From a virus, in the IMG/VR virus record IMGVR_UViG_3300020159_002019, positions 45,291-109,290 of that record: a stretch of DNA of 64,000 nucleotides. One strand, written 5' to 3'. Position 1 is the first letter of the stretch, and each line of letters starts with the position of its first letter. Under the pieces are notes generated by a model. It was not told the DNA's origin. It ran no database searches and saw only the letters and a program-made list of their open reading frames with translations. Shown here one piece after another: positions 32,892 through 40,434 of the stretch. The translations under genes and the position numbers were made by a program.

Positions 32892-32964
32892 GGGTTTATA
32901 GTGAAATTGGTGATCACGCATCCCTGATAAGGATGTATTATAGGTTCAAATCCTATTAGACCTA
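32892..32964 (+). tRNA. tRNA-Ile (GAT)
   Basis: catcc-ctgataa-ggatg. Confidence 0.85.
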
Positions 32965-32970
32965 CAATAT

Positions 32971-33043
32971 GGTGCAGTGGCAGATAAGGTTATTGCGGCG
33001 GACTGAAAATCCGTAGGAGTCGGATCGTTACCGACCTGCACCA
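32971..33043 (+). tRNA. tRNA-Phe (GAA)
   Basis: gcgga-ctgaaaa-tccgt; variant T-loop. Confidence 0.85.
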
Positions 33044-33052
33044 CAATAATAT

Positions 33053-33126
33053 ACTACCATAGCTCAATTGGTGAGAGCAGGATGCTTATACCATCAAGGT
33101 TGTCGGTTCAAATCCGGTTGGTAGTA
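33053..33126 (+). tRNA. tRNA-Ile (TAT)
   Basis: gatg-cttatac-catc; canonical D and T arms. Confidence 0.8.
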
Positions 33127-33131
33127 CAAAT

Positions 33132-33202
33132 GGGATAAAAGCACATAAGGATGTGCAGACCCTAAACAGGGTAAGGATTGGGTTCGAATCCCAGATATTC
33201 CA
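33132..33202 (+). tRNA. tRNA-like element with shortened anticodon loop (undetermined)
   Basis: D stem gcac/gtgc and T arm GGTTCGAATCC present; accct-aaac-agggt gives only a 4-6 nt loop. Confidence 0.55.
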
Positions 33203-33220
33203 CAAAAAAATTAAAAAAAG

Positions 33221-33251
33221 TTTGGAAATAATAAAAAAAGGAGTATCTTTG
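33221..33251 (+). promoter_or_regulatory. Bacteroidota-type promoter (near-leaderless mRNA)
   Basis: TTTG-N19-TATCTTTG, 4 nt before ATG. Confidence 0.7.
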
Positions 33252-33255
33252 TAGT

Positions 33256-34113
33256 ATGGCAAAAATAGAAACATTAAAAGCAAAATTCCCTAATATAACC
33301 GAACAAACATTTATTCGTTTATTTGAGGGTGACAAGACATCTACTAAAAAGTATGCTGAATTTTTACTTTCCGCTTGGAATAGAAAAGGGACAAATTATG
33401 GTGGTTTAAGGGGTGTTGATGACTATATTAAATTGGTTGAGAATTTTGAGAAATTAACCCCTTATATTGATAATAAGGATATATACTCTTATGGAGATAT
33501 TCAATCAATAGTTGGTGTTGTTAAAATAGCTGAAGCCGAAAAAAATGAAAAATCTTTTGATAAAGATGAACACATTTCAGTTATTGAAGAAACTGAAGAT
33601 TATATCTTTTTGATACCTAAAACACACGTTGGTTCATTAAAATATGGTTCTAATACTAAATGGTGCACAGCGGCATCAACAAGTCCTGGAACTTTTAAAT
33701 CATATATTGATAGAGGTTTTTTAGCTTATTTAGTTGATAAGAAAAATAAAAAGACGAATAATCAAAATAAATTGGCTTTTTATTTTACAAATAAAGAAAA
33801 CTTACTTACACAAGTAATCCAAATCTTTAATCAATTAGATTCACTTGTAAATGAAAACCAAGTAATACAGAGTGGTTGGGATATTATGTTATTGAGTAAT
33901 CTTATAACTAAATTGAGGGTTTTCTTATTTGAGTTTAAGGAGAAAGAAAAAGTTAGGGTTGAAGTATCTAAAACAATTCAACAATTGAATCAAATCAATT
34001 ACGATAACTTCTTTAATGCTTTAAATACGTTAAAGATAAATCCTGAGAATGTTGAAGAATTGAAAAACGCTTTAGGGTTAGTTAAAACTTCAATGAAAAA
34101 AATCAAAGTATGA
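33256..34113 (+). CDS. Hypothetical protein, YG-x-x-(T/S)KWC repeat family
   Basis: GSLKYGSNTKWCTA motif shared with three other ORFs. Confidence 0.6.
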   Translation: MAKIETLKAKFPNITEQTFIRLFEGDKTSTKKYAEFLLSAWNRKGTNYGGLRGVDDYIKLVENFEKLTPYIDNKDIYSYGDIQSIVGVVKIAEAEKNEKSFDKDEHISVIEETEDYIFLIPKTHVGSLKYGSNTKWCTAASTSPGTFKSYIDRGFLAYLVDKKNKKTNNQNKLAFYFTNKENLLTQVIQIFNQLDSLVNENQVIQSGWDIMLLSNLITKLRVFLFEFKEKEKVRVEVSKTIQQLNQINYDNFFNALNTLKINPENVEELKNALGLVKTSMKKIKV

Positions 34114-34460
34114 GGAGTGTAAAACAAATCAAAAAGTTAAGATATACTAATGATTGGGTGTCAAATGTTGATGATTCAAATATAACTTATCGTCTTTTTA
34201 CTTATAATGGTTTAACTTGGAATGTTATTTTAACTAACCGACAAGAATTAGGTGGTTGGACAATAAGGTTATGTAATAATGATGGTGATGAATTATACAT
34301 TTTTAATTCAGGTGTGAATAGAATGTCCATATCAATAAATGACGATTTAATTTACGAATTAGATGGTTGGTATTATGAAAATATAACTGAATTGAAGAAT
34401 AGGTTAGAAAACGATTTAATCGTATTATTAAGGAAATATGAGGAGTATATCAAAAATTAG
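34110..34460 (+). CDS. Hypothetical protein
   Basis: 116-aa ORF, ATGA-coupled. Confidence 0.5.
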   Translation: MRSVKQIKKLRYTNDWVSNVDDSNITYRLFTYNGLTWNVILTNRQELGGWTIRLCNNDGDELYIFNSGVNRMSISINDDLIYELDGWYYENITELKNRLENDLIVLLRKYEEYIKN

Positions 34461-34770
34461 GGTAAGTGTAAAACAAGATTTTCAAGAATGGTTGGAAAAA
34501 ACTACCATTAGTAGATGGATGCCAAGACATAGAATAATATGTAATGATGGGTTTTCTATGTCAGTTCAGGGTGGTGAGTTTACATATTCAAACCCAAGAC
34601 AATTTGGTAGTAGTTTTACTGAAATGGAGATTGGGTTTCCTTCTGAGTATGAAGAATTGATTAGTAGTTATTCTGACTCTAATGAATATACTCAAACTGT
34701 TTATCCATATGTCCCAGTAAGTTTAATTATTGAAGTGATTGAAAAACACGGAGGAATAAAAAAAGATTAG
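34438..34770 (+). CDS. Hypothetical phage protein
   Basis: CNDGFSMSVQ...EIGFPS...VYPYVP..IEKHGG. Confidence 0.6.
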   Translation: MRSISKIRVSVKQDFQEWLEKTTISRWMPRHRIICNDGFSMSVQGGEFTYSNPRQFGSSFTEMEIGFPSEYEELISSYSDSNEYTQTVYPYVPVSLIIEVIEKHGGIKKD

Positions 34771-34787
34771 AAAAAAATAAAAAAAGA

Positions 34788-34818
34788 TTTGACAAGTTAA
34801 AAAAAAATGTTATCTTTG
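34788..34818 (+). promoter_or_regulatory. Bacteroidota-type promoter for tRNA operon 2
   Basis: TTTG-N19-TATCTTTG. Confidence 0.75.
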
Positions 34819-34897
34819 TATAACAAATGGGATATGAAAATATTTTTTAGATTTCCTTGACAAAAACAAAAAAACAAACTATTTATAAATTAAAGAT

Positions 34898-35008
34898 ATG
34901 AAAAACACGAATAAAAATATGACTATGGTTGTGAAAGCAACGGCAAAAGGTGGGAATAGAAATACCACACTTGGTTTAGGGCGTGTTATGTCTTTAATGG
35001 ATAGATAA
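34898..35008 (+). CDS. Leader peptide 2 (MKNTNKNMTMVVKATAKGGNRNTTLGLGRVMSLMDR), putative attenuator peptide
   Basis: First 24 residues are all K/N/T/M/V/A/G/R; contains GGTTTAGGG antiterminator. Confidence 0.75.
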   Translation: MKNTNKNMTMVVKATAKGGNRNTTLGLGRVMSLMDR

Positions 35009-35032
35009 TACAATAATATAAAAAGATATATT

Positions 35033-35069
35033 AAAAACCCTGAACCATAAAAAAGTTCAGGGTTTTTTT
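35033..35069 (+). terminator. Attenuator terminator 2
   Basis: aaaaaccctgaac-cataaaaaa-gttcagggttttttt, directly before tRNA-Thr. Confidence 0.8.
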
Positions 35070-35077
35070 ATTTATAA

Positions 35078-35149
35078 TCCAGATTAGTTTAATTGGGAAA
35101 ACACGTCTCTTGTAAAGATGAAAAGTTGGTTCGAATCCGACATTTGGAT
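35078..35149 (+). tRNA. tRNA-Thr (TGT)
   Basis: cgtct-cttgtaa-agatg; GGTTCGAATCC. Confidence 0.85.
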
Positions 35150-35255
35150 CAAAGAAAATAGTAAAAAATTAATTAAAAATATGAAACGAAAACAGTAGGG
35201 TGTATGATCAATTAGGAATAGGTTGCATACACTAAAAATTAAAAAAAATGTATAT

Positions 35256-35343
35256 GCACCTATGGCTTAATTGGTAGAGCAACCGGCTTTTAACCGGTGG
35301 GGTAGACGAAAGTCCGTTGAAGGTTCGAGTCCTTCTGGGTGCA
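35256..35343 (+). tRNA. tRNA-Lys (TTT) with long variable arm
   Basis: accgg-cttttaa-ccggt; extra gac-gaaa-gtc hairpin. Confidence 0.8.
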
Positions 35344-35349
35344 CAATTT

Positions 35350-35422
35350 ACTTTCGTAGCTTAATTGGTAAAGAAACTAACTCTTAATTAGTGTGATGTG
35401 AGTTCGAGTCTCACTGGAAGTA
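35350..35422 (+). tRNA. tRNA-Lys (CTT)
   Basis: actaa-ctcttaa-ttagt. Confidence 0.8.
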
Positions 35423-35449
35423 CTAAATGTTATTTGAAATATTATAAAT

Positions 35450-35522
35450 TGGGATGTAACTCAGAGGCTAGAGTGTTTGCCTGTTAAGCAAAAAGTCGAG
35501 ATATCGTAATTCTCCATCCCAG
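35450..35522 (+). tRNA. tRNA-Asn (GTT)
   Basis: tttgc-ctgttaa-gcaaa; atypical T-loop. Confidence 0.75.
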
Positions 35523-35583
35523 CAAAAATTGAAAGATAAACGTATGAAACAAAGGAATGTAGTGGTTTATTAAGTAAATATAT

Positions 35584-35655
35584 GGCTCTATCGTTTAACG
35601 CATAAGACATTTCTCTTCTAAAGAAAGAATAGGGGTTGGATTCCCTTTAGAGCCA
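35584..35655 (+). tRNA. tRNA-Arg (TCT)
   Basis: tttct-cttctaa-agaaa. Confidence 0.8.
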
Positions 35656-35659
35656 CAGC

Positions 35660-35687
35660 AATCCAAGTTCGATTCTTGGTGGGAGTA
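35660..35687 (+). pseudogene. Orphan tRNA 3' half (T arm + acceptor strand)
   Basis: ccaag-ttcgatt-cttgg-tgggagta with no matching 5' half. Confidence 0.55.
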
Positions 35688-35696
35688 CAAAAAAAT

Positions 35697-35767
35697 ACCT
35701 TCTTAGTTAAATGGGAGAATATCTGTTTTACATACAGAAGATAACTGTTCGATTCAGTTAGGGGGTA
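35697..35767 (+). tRNA. tRNA-Val (TAC)
   Basis: tctgt-tttacat-acaga. Confidence 0.8.
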
Positions 35768-35819
35768 CAAAAAAAGATTTGATTTTTTAAAAAAAATTAT
35801 TATCTTTAAAAAACAATAT

Positions 35820-35892
35820 GGGGTTATGGTATAGTTGGCGAACACAGTAGCTTTGCAAGCTTCAGTCCCGAGTTCAAATCTCGGTAGCTCCA
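35820..35892 (+). tRNA. tRNA-Ala (TGC)
   Basis: agc-tttgcaa-gct; G3:U70 pair. Confidence 0.85.
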
Positions 35893-35895
35893 CAA

Positions 35896-35965
35896 TGTTT
35901 CACTTAGAATAAAAACAAACGCTTAATAGCAACAAACTCTTAATTTGTCAATTATTAGTGAAACA
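35896..35965 (+). repeat. CACTTAGAATAA stem element, copy 1
   Basis: Closing stem tgtttcact/agtgaaaca. Confidence 0.6.
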
Positions 35966-35968
35966 AAT

Positions 35969-36039
35969 GTCGATATAGTTAAATGGGATAACACCCCTCT
36001 CATCAAGGGAAGTTATTGGTTCGAATCCAGTTATCGATA
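35969..36039 (+). tRNA. tRNA-Met (CAT), elongator (Ile2 not excluded)
   Basis: ccct-ctcatca-aggg; GGTTCGAATCC. Confidence 0.75.
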
Positions 36040-36050
36040 CCCTGAAATAA

Positions 36051-36127
36051 TATTTCACTTAGAATAAAAAACTATTTGAATTTATCCTCCAATGGAGGGT
36101 GTATTTAATCCAATTAATAGTGAAATA
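36051..36127 (+). repeat. CACTTAGAATAA stem element, copy 2
   Basis: Closing stem tatttcact/agtgaaata; internal cctcc/ggagg hairpin. Confidence 0.6.
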
Positions 36128-36130
36128 AAT

Positions 36131-36203
36131 GCGGGTGTAGCTCAATTGGTAGAGCGCGACCTTGCCAAGGTCGAGGCTGTGGGATCGTACCCCATCACCC
36201 GCT
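36131..36203 (+). tRNA. tRNA-Gly (GCC)
   Basis: cgacc-ttgccaa-ggtcg. Confidence 0.9.
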
Positions 36204-36206
36204 CAT

Positions 36207-36412
36207 TGAGTAAGAGGTACTCAGTAGTCTTTAATCCAAGACTCATTTAACAATGGATTCGCTTAAATCGGACAGCGAAAATGCCGGTTCTTAGGAATAA
36301 GGAGCGAAGCACACCTCCCCTTCGTAGTGTGACTATTTTTAATGGGGATGCCCTTCAGGTTTTTGGAAAGAAGAAAACCGAAATGACTACTCACCTAAAT
36401 CTCAAGGTGGGG
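36207..36412 (+). ncRNA. Candidate structured ncRNA between the two tRNA-Gly genes
   Basis: GC-richer than genome; several hairpins, a long-range stem and two possible pseudoknots. Confidence 0.45.
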
Positions 36413-36419
36413 TAAACAA

Positions 36420-36491
36420 GCGAGTATCGTATAATGGCTATTATACCACGCTTCCAACGTGGGGATGTGATTTCGATTATCACTACTCGCT
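36420..36491 (+). tRNA. tRNA-Gly (TCC)
   Basis: ccacg-cttccaa-cgtgg. Confidence 0.85.
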
Positions 36492-36520
36492 CCGGACGTT
36501 TTAGAAATCAGTAATATTTT

Positions 36521-36552
36521 TTTGGTATTACTGATTTTTTTTATTACCTTTG
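36521..36552 (+). promoter_or_regulatory. Bacteroidota-type promoter
   Basis: TTTG-N20-TACCTTTG. Confidence 0.65.
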
Positions 36553-36568
36553 TAGAAATAATAAAATT

Positions 36569-37018
36569 ATGACACTTAAAGAACAAATTCAAAAAGACTT
36601 CATCACGGCTATGAAAAATAAAGATGAATGGACTAAATCCGCTCTAAGTGGGTTAAAATCAAAGATTACTGAAGCTGAAAAAGTTAATGGAACAGAATTA
36701 TCAGACGCTGATATTCTTAAACTAATTAATAAAGGTATTAAACAAAGGGAAGAATCTGCTACTATATATAGTGAAGCAGGTCGTCCGGAATTAGCTGCGA
36801 AAGAATTACTTGAACTTAATGTTTTAATGGATTATATGCCAGCTCAAATGACTGATGAGGAAATTGAAACGGCTGTAAGGGAAATTATTGTTGGATTACC
36901 TACAATGACAAACGCAAATGCCTTGTCAGGAAAAACTATGGGTGAATTCAATAAAAAGTATCAAGGAATGGCTGATTCTAAAAGAGTTTCAGAAATTATA
37001 AAAAAAGTTGTATCATAA
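36569..37018 (+). CDS. GatB/YqeY domain protein
   Basis: MTLKEQIQKDFITAMKNKD...KQREESATIYSEAGRPELA.KE..EL.VL..YMPAQM. Confidence 0.9.
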   Translation: MTLKEQIQKDFITAMKNKDEWTKSALSGLKSKITEAEKVNGTELSDADILKLINKGIKQREESATIYSEAGRPELAAKELLELNVLMDYMPAQMTDEEIETAVREIIVGLPTMTNANALSGKTMGEFNKKYQGMADSKRVSEIIKKVVS

Positions 37019-37062
37019 TTTGACTTTCAATAAACAATAAACTATAATTAAAAAACAAAAAT

Positions 37063-37173
37063 GGGGGGTAATTTTTTAGTGGATTGAAAATACCACTTAG
37101 AATAACTCTAAACTATATTGGTAAAAGTTTGACTAATAATCAAATATAGAAGGTTCGAACCCTTCACCCCCCG
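37063..37173 (+). ncRNA. tRNA-like RNA (AAT loop) with ~40-nt insertion carrying CACTTAGAATAA copy 3
   Basis: ggggggt/acccccc acceptor, tttga-ctaataa-tcaaa arm, gaagg-ttcgaac-ccttc T arm. Confidence 0.6.
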
Positions 37174-37203
37174 CAATTATTAACAATATAAAACATAAAG
37201 TAT

Positions 37204-39042
37204 ATGACAGAATTAGTAAAAGAAAAAATGAAGTTATCTAACACATTAGATACATTACAATTTTTAAGAACCGCTAAAGGTGCTTCAGATGAAAAAATTC
37301 ATTTGGCTTTAGATAAAGCCTATGCTGAAACAACATCTAATGGAGTTGAGGAAATGTTATATAGAATTATGTTTCATATTGGAGATATTTCAAGAAAGCA
37401 TAATATCTTTAAAGAATTTGAAATCAACTCAGAAGTGGGTGGGGCTCAAGAAAGAAAGATATTTAGATCTTGTGTAAGATGGATGCAAAAGAACACCCCA
37501 GAGTTCTTGCATAACAACTTAAAGTTAGTAGTTGAATATACTTCATACGAAACTTTAATGTATTACCAAGTAAGCACAAACAGATATTTGGGTAATGTTA
37601 TGGGTGTTGAAAAACTATTCATTGACAACCAATATTTGTTCCCTTTCTTAAAGTCTGAGATTGAATCAGGTGTAAACTTGAACTTAATCGCAAGACACTT
37701 ACCTAAATATGCTACAGGTAAGCAAAGAACAACTAAAAAGACTTTAGTTGGTAAAAGGGGAAGAACTGAATTCAGTTGGACATTACCGAAAGGTAAGACT
37801 TGGGTTAAAATCAATGGAAACCTTGTAAATGGTGATAAAATCACGGTTAAGCATGGTGATGTTGCTGAATACCCAAGAGAAAAGAAATCTGAGTCTTTAA
37901 CAAGACAAAGTTTCTTAAACAAGTGGATTAAGGATTTCTGTGATTATATGAAATGGACAATCGCTGATTACAAAGCATTTAAGGGTAAGCAGAATACTGC
38001 TGAACAAAAAATGTCAAGTGGTTCAGTAATGTCTATGACAGAAGATCAATTTAATGGTTTCTTGGATTCTTTGACTGCGGGACAAAGAAAAAGGGTTGTA
38101 AAATCATTGGGTAATCCTAAATGGGGACAGCTAACTAAATGGTATAAGGCTTGGGAAGATGACCAATCTAACTTAGCTGAAAAAATTAGAAAAGCTACCA
38201 CACCTGCTGAAAAAGCCGCTTTGATGAAAGATTTCAAAGTTAAAACAACAGGGGATCAAACAATTGATTTGTTGGCTGAAATGCTTGGTAAGGGTTTAAA
38301 TGCTCAACAAGTAAATAACAACTATCAATCAATGATTGAGAGAATGAACATTAAACATTCAGTATTTCCAATTATTGACGGTTCGGGTTCTATGGATAGT
38401 ACTTTTGACCATAACGGTGTAGGAATATCTAACAGACAAGTAGCATACGCAATGGCAATTGCATTTACTACAATGAATCCAAACCCAAGATTTAGAAATA
38501 CTTATGGTTGGTTCTCAAACGACTTTAAGGTTTTTGGTAGGTCTGAGTATGGTGATACCTATATATCTATGTTTAAGAATGTGGATAAGTATGTAAGTCA
38601 TACAAAGACTTTTACTGAGAATTACAGATTACTTATGGAGACAGATCCAAAAGAAATTACATCTACAAATATGTTTGCTTCGGTAGAATATTTTGTAAAT
38701 CTTGTGAAAACAGGAAGATGTACTATGGAAGAATTACCTGAAACATTACTTTATCTTACAGATAATGAGTATAATTCAGGTAAATCACCAAAAGAAGCGG
38801 TTACTTTAGCCAATTCAATTGGATGGAGACCAAAGTTAATTTTTTGGGGTATTACCACAATGACTCATTCTATTAAGGAAGAGTTAAAATATACTCCGAA
38901 TGGTTTATTCATCGGTGGTTTCAACGAAAGTTGTTTATCACAAATCTTGGATGGAATCTCAAAAGATTCAATAAATCCAGAAGATGAATTGTGGGCTATT
39001 TATAACGATATTCGTTATAGTGTAATTAAAGTAGGTGAATAA
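37204..39042 (+). CDS. DUF2828/TROVE-like protein with C-terminal vWA domain
   Basis: GGAQERKIFR N-terminal motif; IIDGSGSM MIDAS; STNM; LLYLTDNEYN; PKLIFW. Confidence 0.65.
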   Translation: MTELVKEKMKLSNTLDTLQFLRTAKGASDEKIHLALDKAYAETTSNGVEEMLYRIMFHIGDISRKHNIFKEFEINSEVGGAQERKIFRSCVRWMQKNTPEFLHNNLKLVVEYTSYETLMYYQVSTNRYLGNVMGVEKLFIDNQYLFPFLKSEIESGVNLNLIARHLPKYATGKQRTTKKTLVGKRGRTEFSWTLPKGKTWVKINGNLVNGDKITVKHGDVAEYPREKKSESLTRQSFLNKWIKDFCDYMKWTIADYKAFKGKQNTAEQKMSSGSVMSMTEDQFNGFLDSLTAGQRKRVVKSLGNPKWGQLTKWYKAWEDDQSNLAEKIRKATTPAEKAALMKDFKVKTTGDQTIDLLAEMLGKGLNAQQVNNNYQSMIERMNIKHSVFPIIDGSGSMDSTFDHNGVGISNRQVAYAMAIAFTTMNPNPRFRNTYGWFSNDFKVFGRSEYGDTYISMFKNVDKYVSHTKTFTENYRLLMETDPKEITSTNMFASVEYFVNLVKTGRCTMEELPETLLYLTDNEYNSGKSPKEAVTLANSIGWRPKLIFWGITTMTHSIKEELKYTPNGLFIGGFNESCLSQILDGISKDSINPEDELWAIYNDIRYSVIKVGE

Positions 39043-39053
39043 CCTACTTTTTT
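39028..39053. terminator. Bidirectional terminator
   Basis: aaagtaggt/acctacttt between convergent genes. Confidence 0.65.
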
Positions 39054-39271
39054 TATGCCTTTATTTTAACCACAACCTCACCTTCATTATTAGTGGTTAG
39101 ATAATATTCTTTTTTGTTTGTAAATCCATATTTTTTAGATATGTTTGATTCTATCCTTTTTTTGGTTGATGGTGTGTTAGCAAATGTAATATGTGGTTGA
39201 ACATATTCATCTTTGAATTGTTCCATTTTATTTACCGTTTCTTTAATAATTCTCTTAATTAAATTTTTCAT
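39053..39271 (-). CDS. Small hypothetical protein
   Basis: MKNLIKRIIKE N-terminus; TATTTAT motif upstream on minus strand. Confidence 0.55.
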   Translation of the reverse strand: MKNLIKRIIKETVNKMEQFKDEYVQPHITFANTPSTKKRIESNISKKYGFTNKKEYYLTTNNEGEVVVKIKA

Positions 39272-39338
39272 ATAAATAAATATTTGGTTTTATGAAAACT
39301 ATTATTTATATTTGTATTGTAATTAAAAAATAAAATAT

Positions 39339-40004
39339 ATGTATAATAACAAAACAGATTTTAACAAATTCGCAACATCGCATATGGGTATATCGTCTTT
39401 ATACCTCGATGATCTTCAATCGTCAATGACACCTCACATCTTAGAAGAAAGACCGACAAGAGCAAATCTTATGTCAGTATTTGATAGATTGATGCAAGAT
39501 AGGATTATTTGGGTTGCCGGTGCGGTTGATGAGGGTATGTCACAAGTTATTCAAGCGCAATTGATTTACTTGTCAAACTCAGACCCTAAGAAAGAAATTA
39601 CGATGCACATTGACACTCCTGGTGGTTCAGTAAAGGCTGGATTATCAATCGTGGATGTAATGGATTATGTTAAACCTGACATTAGAACAATCAATACAGG
39701 TATGGCGGCATCAATGGGTTCAGTATTGTTAGGCGCTGGAACCAAAGGAAAAAGAATGTCTTTAAGATTTTCACAAACAATGCTACACCAATCTTCAGGT
39801 GGTGTGAGAGGAAATATTCAGGATGCTAGGATAACAATGATTGAATGGGAAAAAATAAATGATTTGTTATTTAATTTGTTAGGTGGGTATTGTGGTAAGG
39901 ATGCTATCCAAGTAAAAGAAGATGCTTCTCGTGATTTATGGTTAAGTTCTGAAGAAGCGTTGGCTTATGGGATAATTGACGAAATAATCAAACCAAAAAA
40001 ATAA
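39339..40004 (+). CDS. clpP: ATP-dependent Clp protease proteolytic subunit
   Basis: DTPGGSV, GMAASMGSVLL (catalytic Ser), MLHQ, RDLWLSSEEALAYGIID. Confidence 0.95.
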   Translation: MYNNKTDFNKFATSHMGISSLYLDDLQSSMTPHILEERPTRANLMSVFDRLMQDRIIWVAGAVDEGMSQVIQAQLIYLSNSDPKKEITMHIDTPGGSVKAGLSIVDVMDYVKPDIRTINTGMAASMGSVLLGAGTKGKRMSLRFSQTMLHQSSGGVRGNIQDARITMIEWEKINDLLFNLLGGYCGKDAIQVKEDASRDLWLSSEEALAYGIIDEIIKPKK

Positions 40005-40015
40005 TTAAAAAAAAG

Positions 40016-40046
40016 TTTGACAATTAGAAAAAAAATATTATCTTTG
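40016..40046 (+). promoter_or_regulatory. Bacteroidota-type promoter for tRNA operon 3
   Basis: TTTG-N19-TATCTTTG. Confidence 0.75.
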
Positions 40047-40121
40047 TATTATAAATGGGATGTGAAAAATATTTTTCACATTTCCATAACAAAAACAAAA
40101 AAACAAACTATTTAATATAAA

Positions 40122-40256
40122 ATGAAAACATTAATTAACATATCATTATCGTCATTGTATCTATTACAGTCGCTATGCCAAAGTTGTGTTTCGGTATTAC
40201 CGTTACATCAGTATTGGTTAGTGCTAGGATTTAGTGCGGTGGGTATGTTAAGTTGA
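40122..40256 (+). CDS. Leader peptide 3 (MKTLINISLSSLYLLQSLCQSCVSVLPLHQYWLVLGFSAVGMLS), putative attenuator peptide
   Basis: 24 of residues 8-33 are S/L/Y/Q/C/P/H/W; contains GGATTTAG antiterminator. Confidence 0.75.
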   Translation: MKTLINISLSSLYLLQSLCQSCVSVLPLHQYWLVLGFSAVGMLS

Positions 40257-40278
40257 TAAGACAATAATATACCTTATT

Positions 40279-40320
40279 AAACCCCCTAAATCCGTATAAA
40301 TGAGATTTAGGGGGTTTTTT
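40279..40320 (+). terminator. Attenuator terminator 3
   Basis: aaaccccctaaatc...gatttagggggtttttt, before tRNA-Pro. Confidence 0.8.
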
Positions 40321-40354
40321 ATTTTAGTTATTTGACATATTGTATTAGAAATAT

Positions 40355-40427
40355 CAGGGTGTATATCAATTGGGAGATTACTCCATTTGGATTGGAGAGG
40401 TTGTAGGTTCGAGTCCTATCACCCTGA
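40355..40427 (+). tRNA. tRNA-Pro (TGG)
   Basis: ctcca-tttggat-tggag. Confidence 0.85.
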
Positions 40428-40434
40428 CAAATAT

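Noticed and set aside
32604-33283. ORFs 32604-32927, 32727-32921 and 33086-33283
   Set aside because: They overlap clear tRNA genes; shadow ORFs.
35896-37105. CRISPR array interpretation of the CACTTAGAATAA repeats
   Set aside because: Only three short, irregularly spaced copies separated by tRNAs; no cas genes.
32480-40320. T-box riboswitch interpretation of the tRNA operon leaders
   Set aside because: No T-box consensus (UGGNACC bulge) or stem I seen; open leader ORFs with matching codons fit ribosome-mediated attenuation better.
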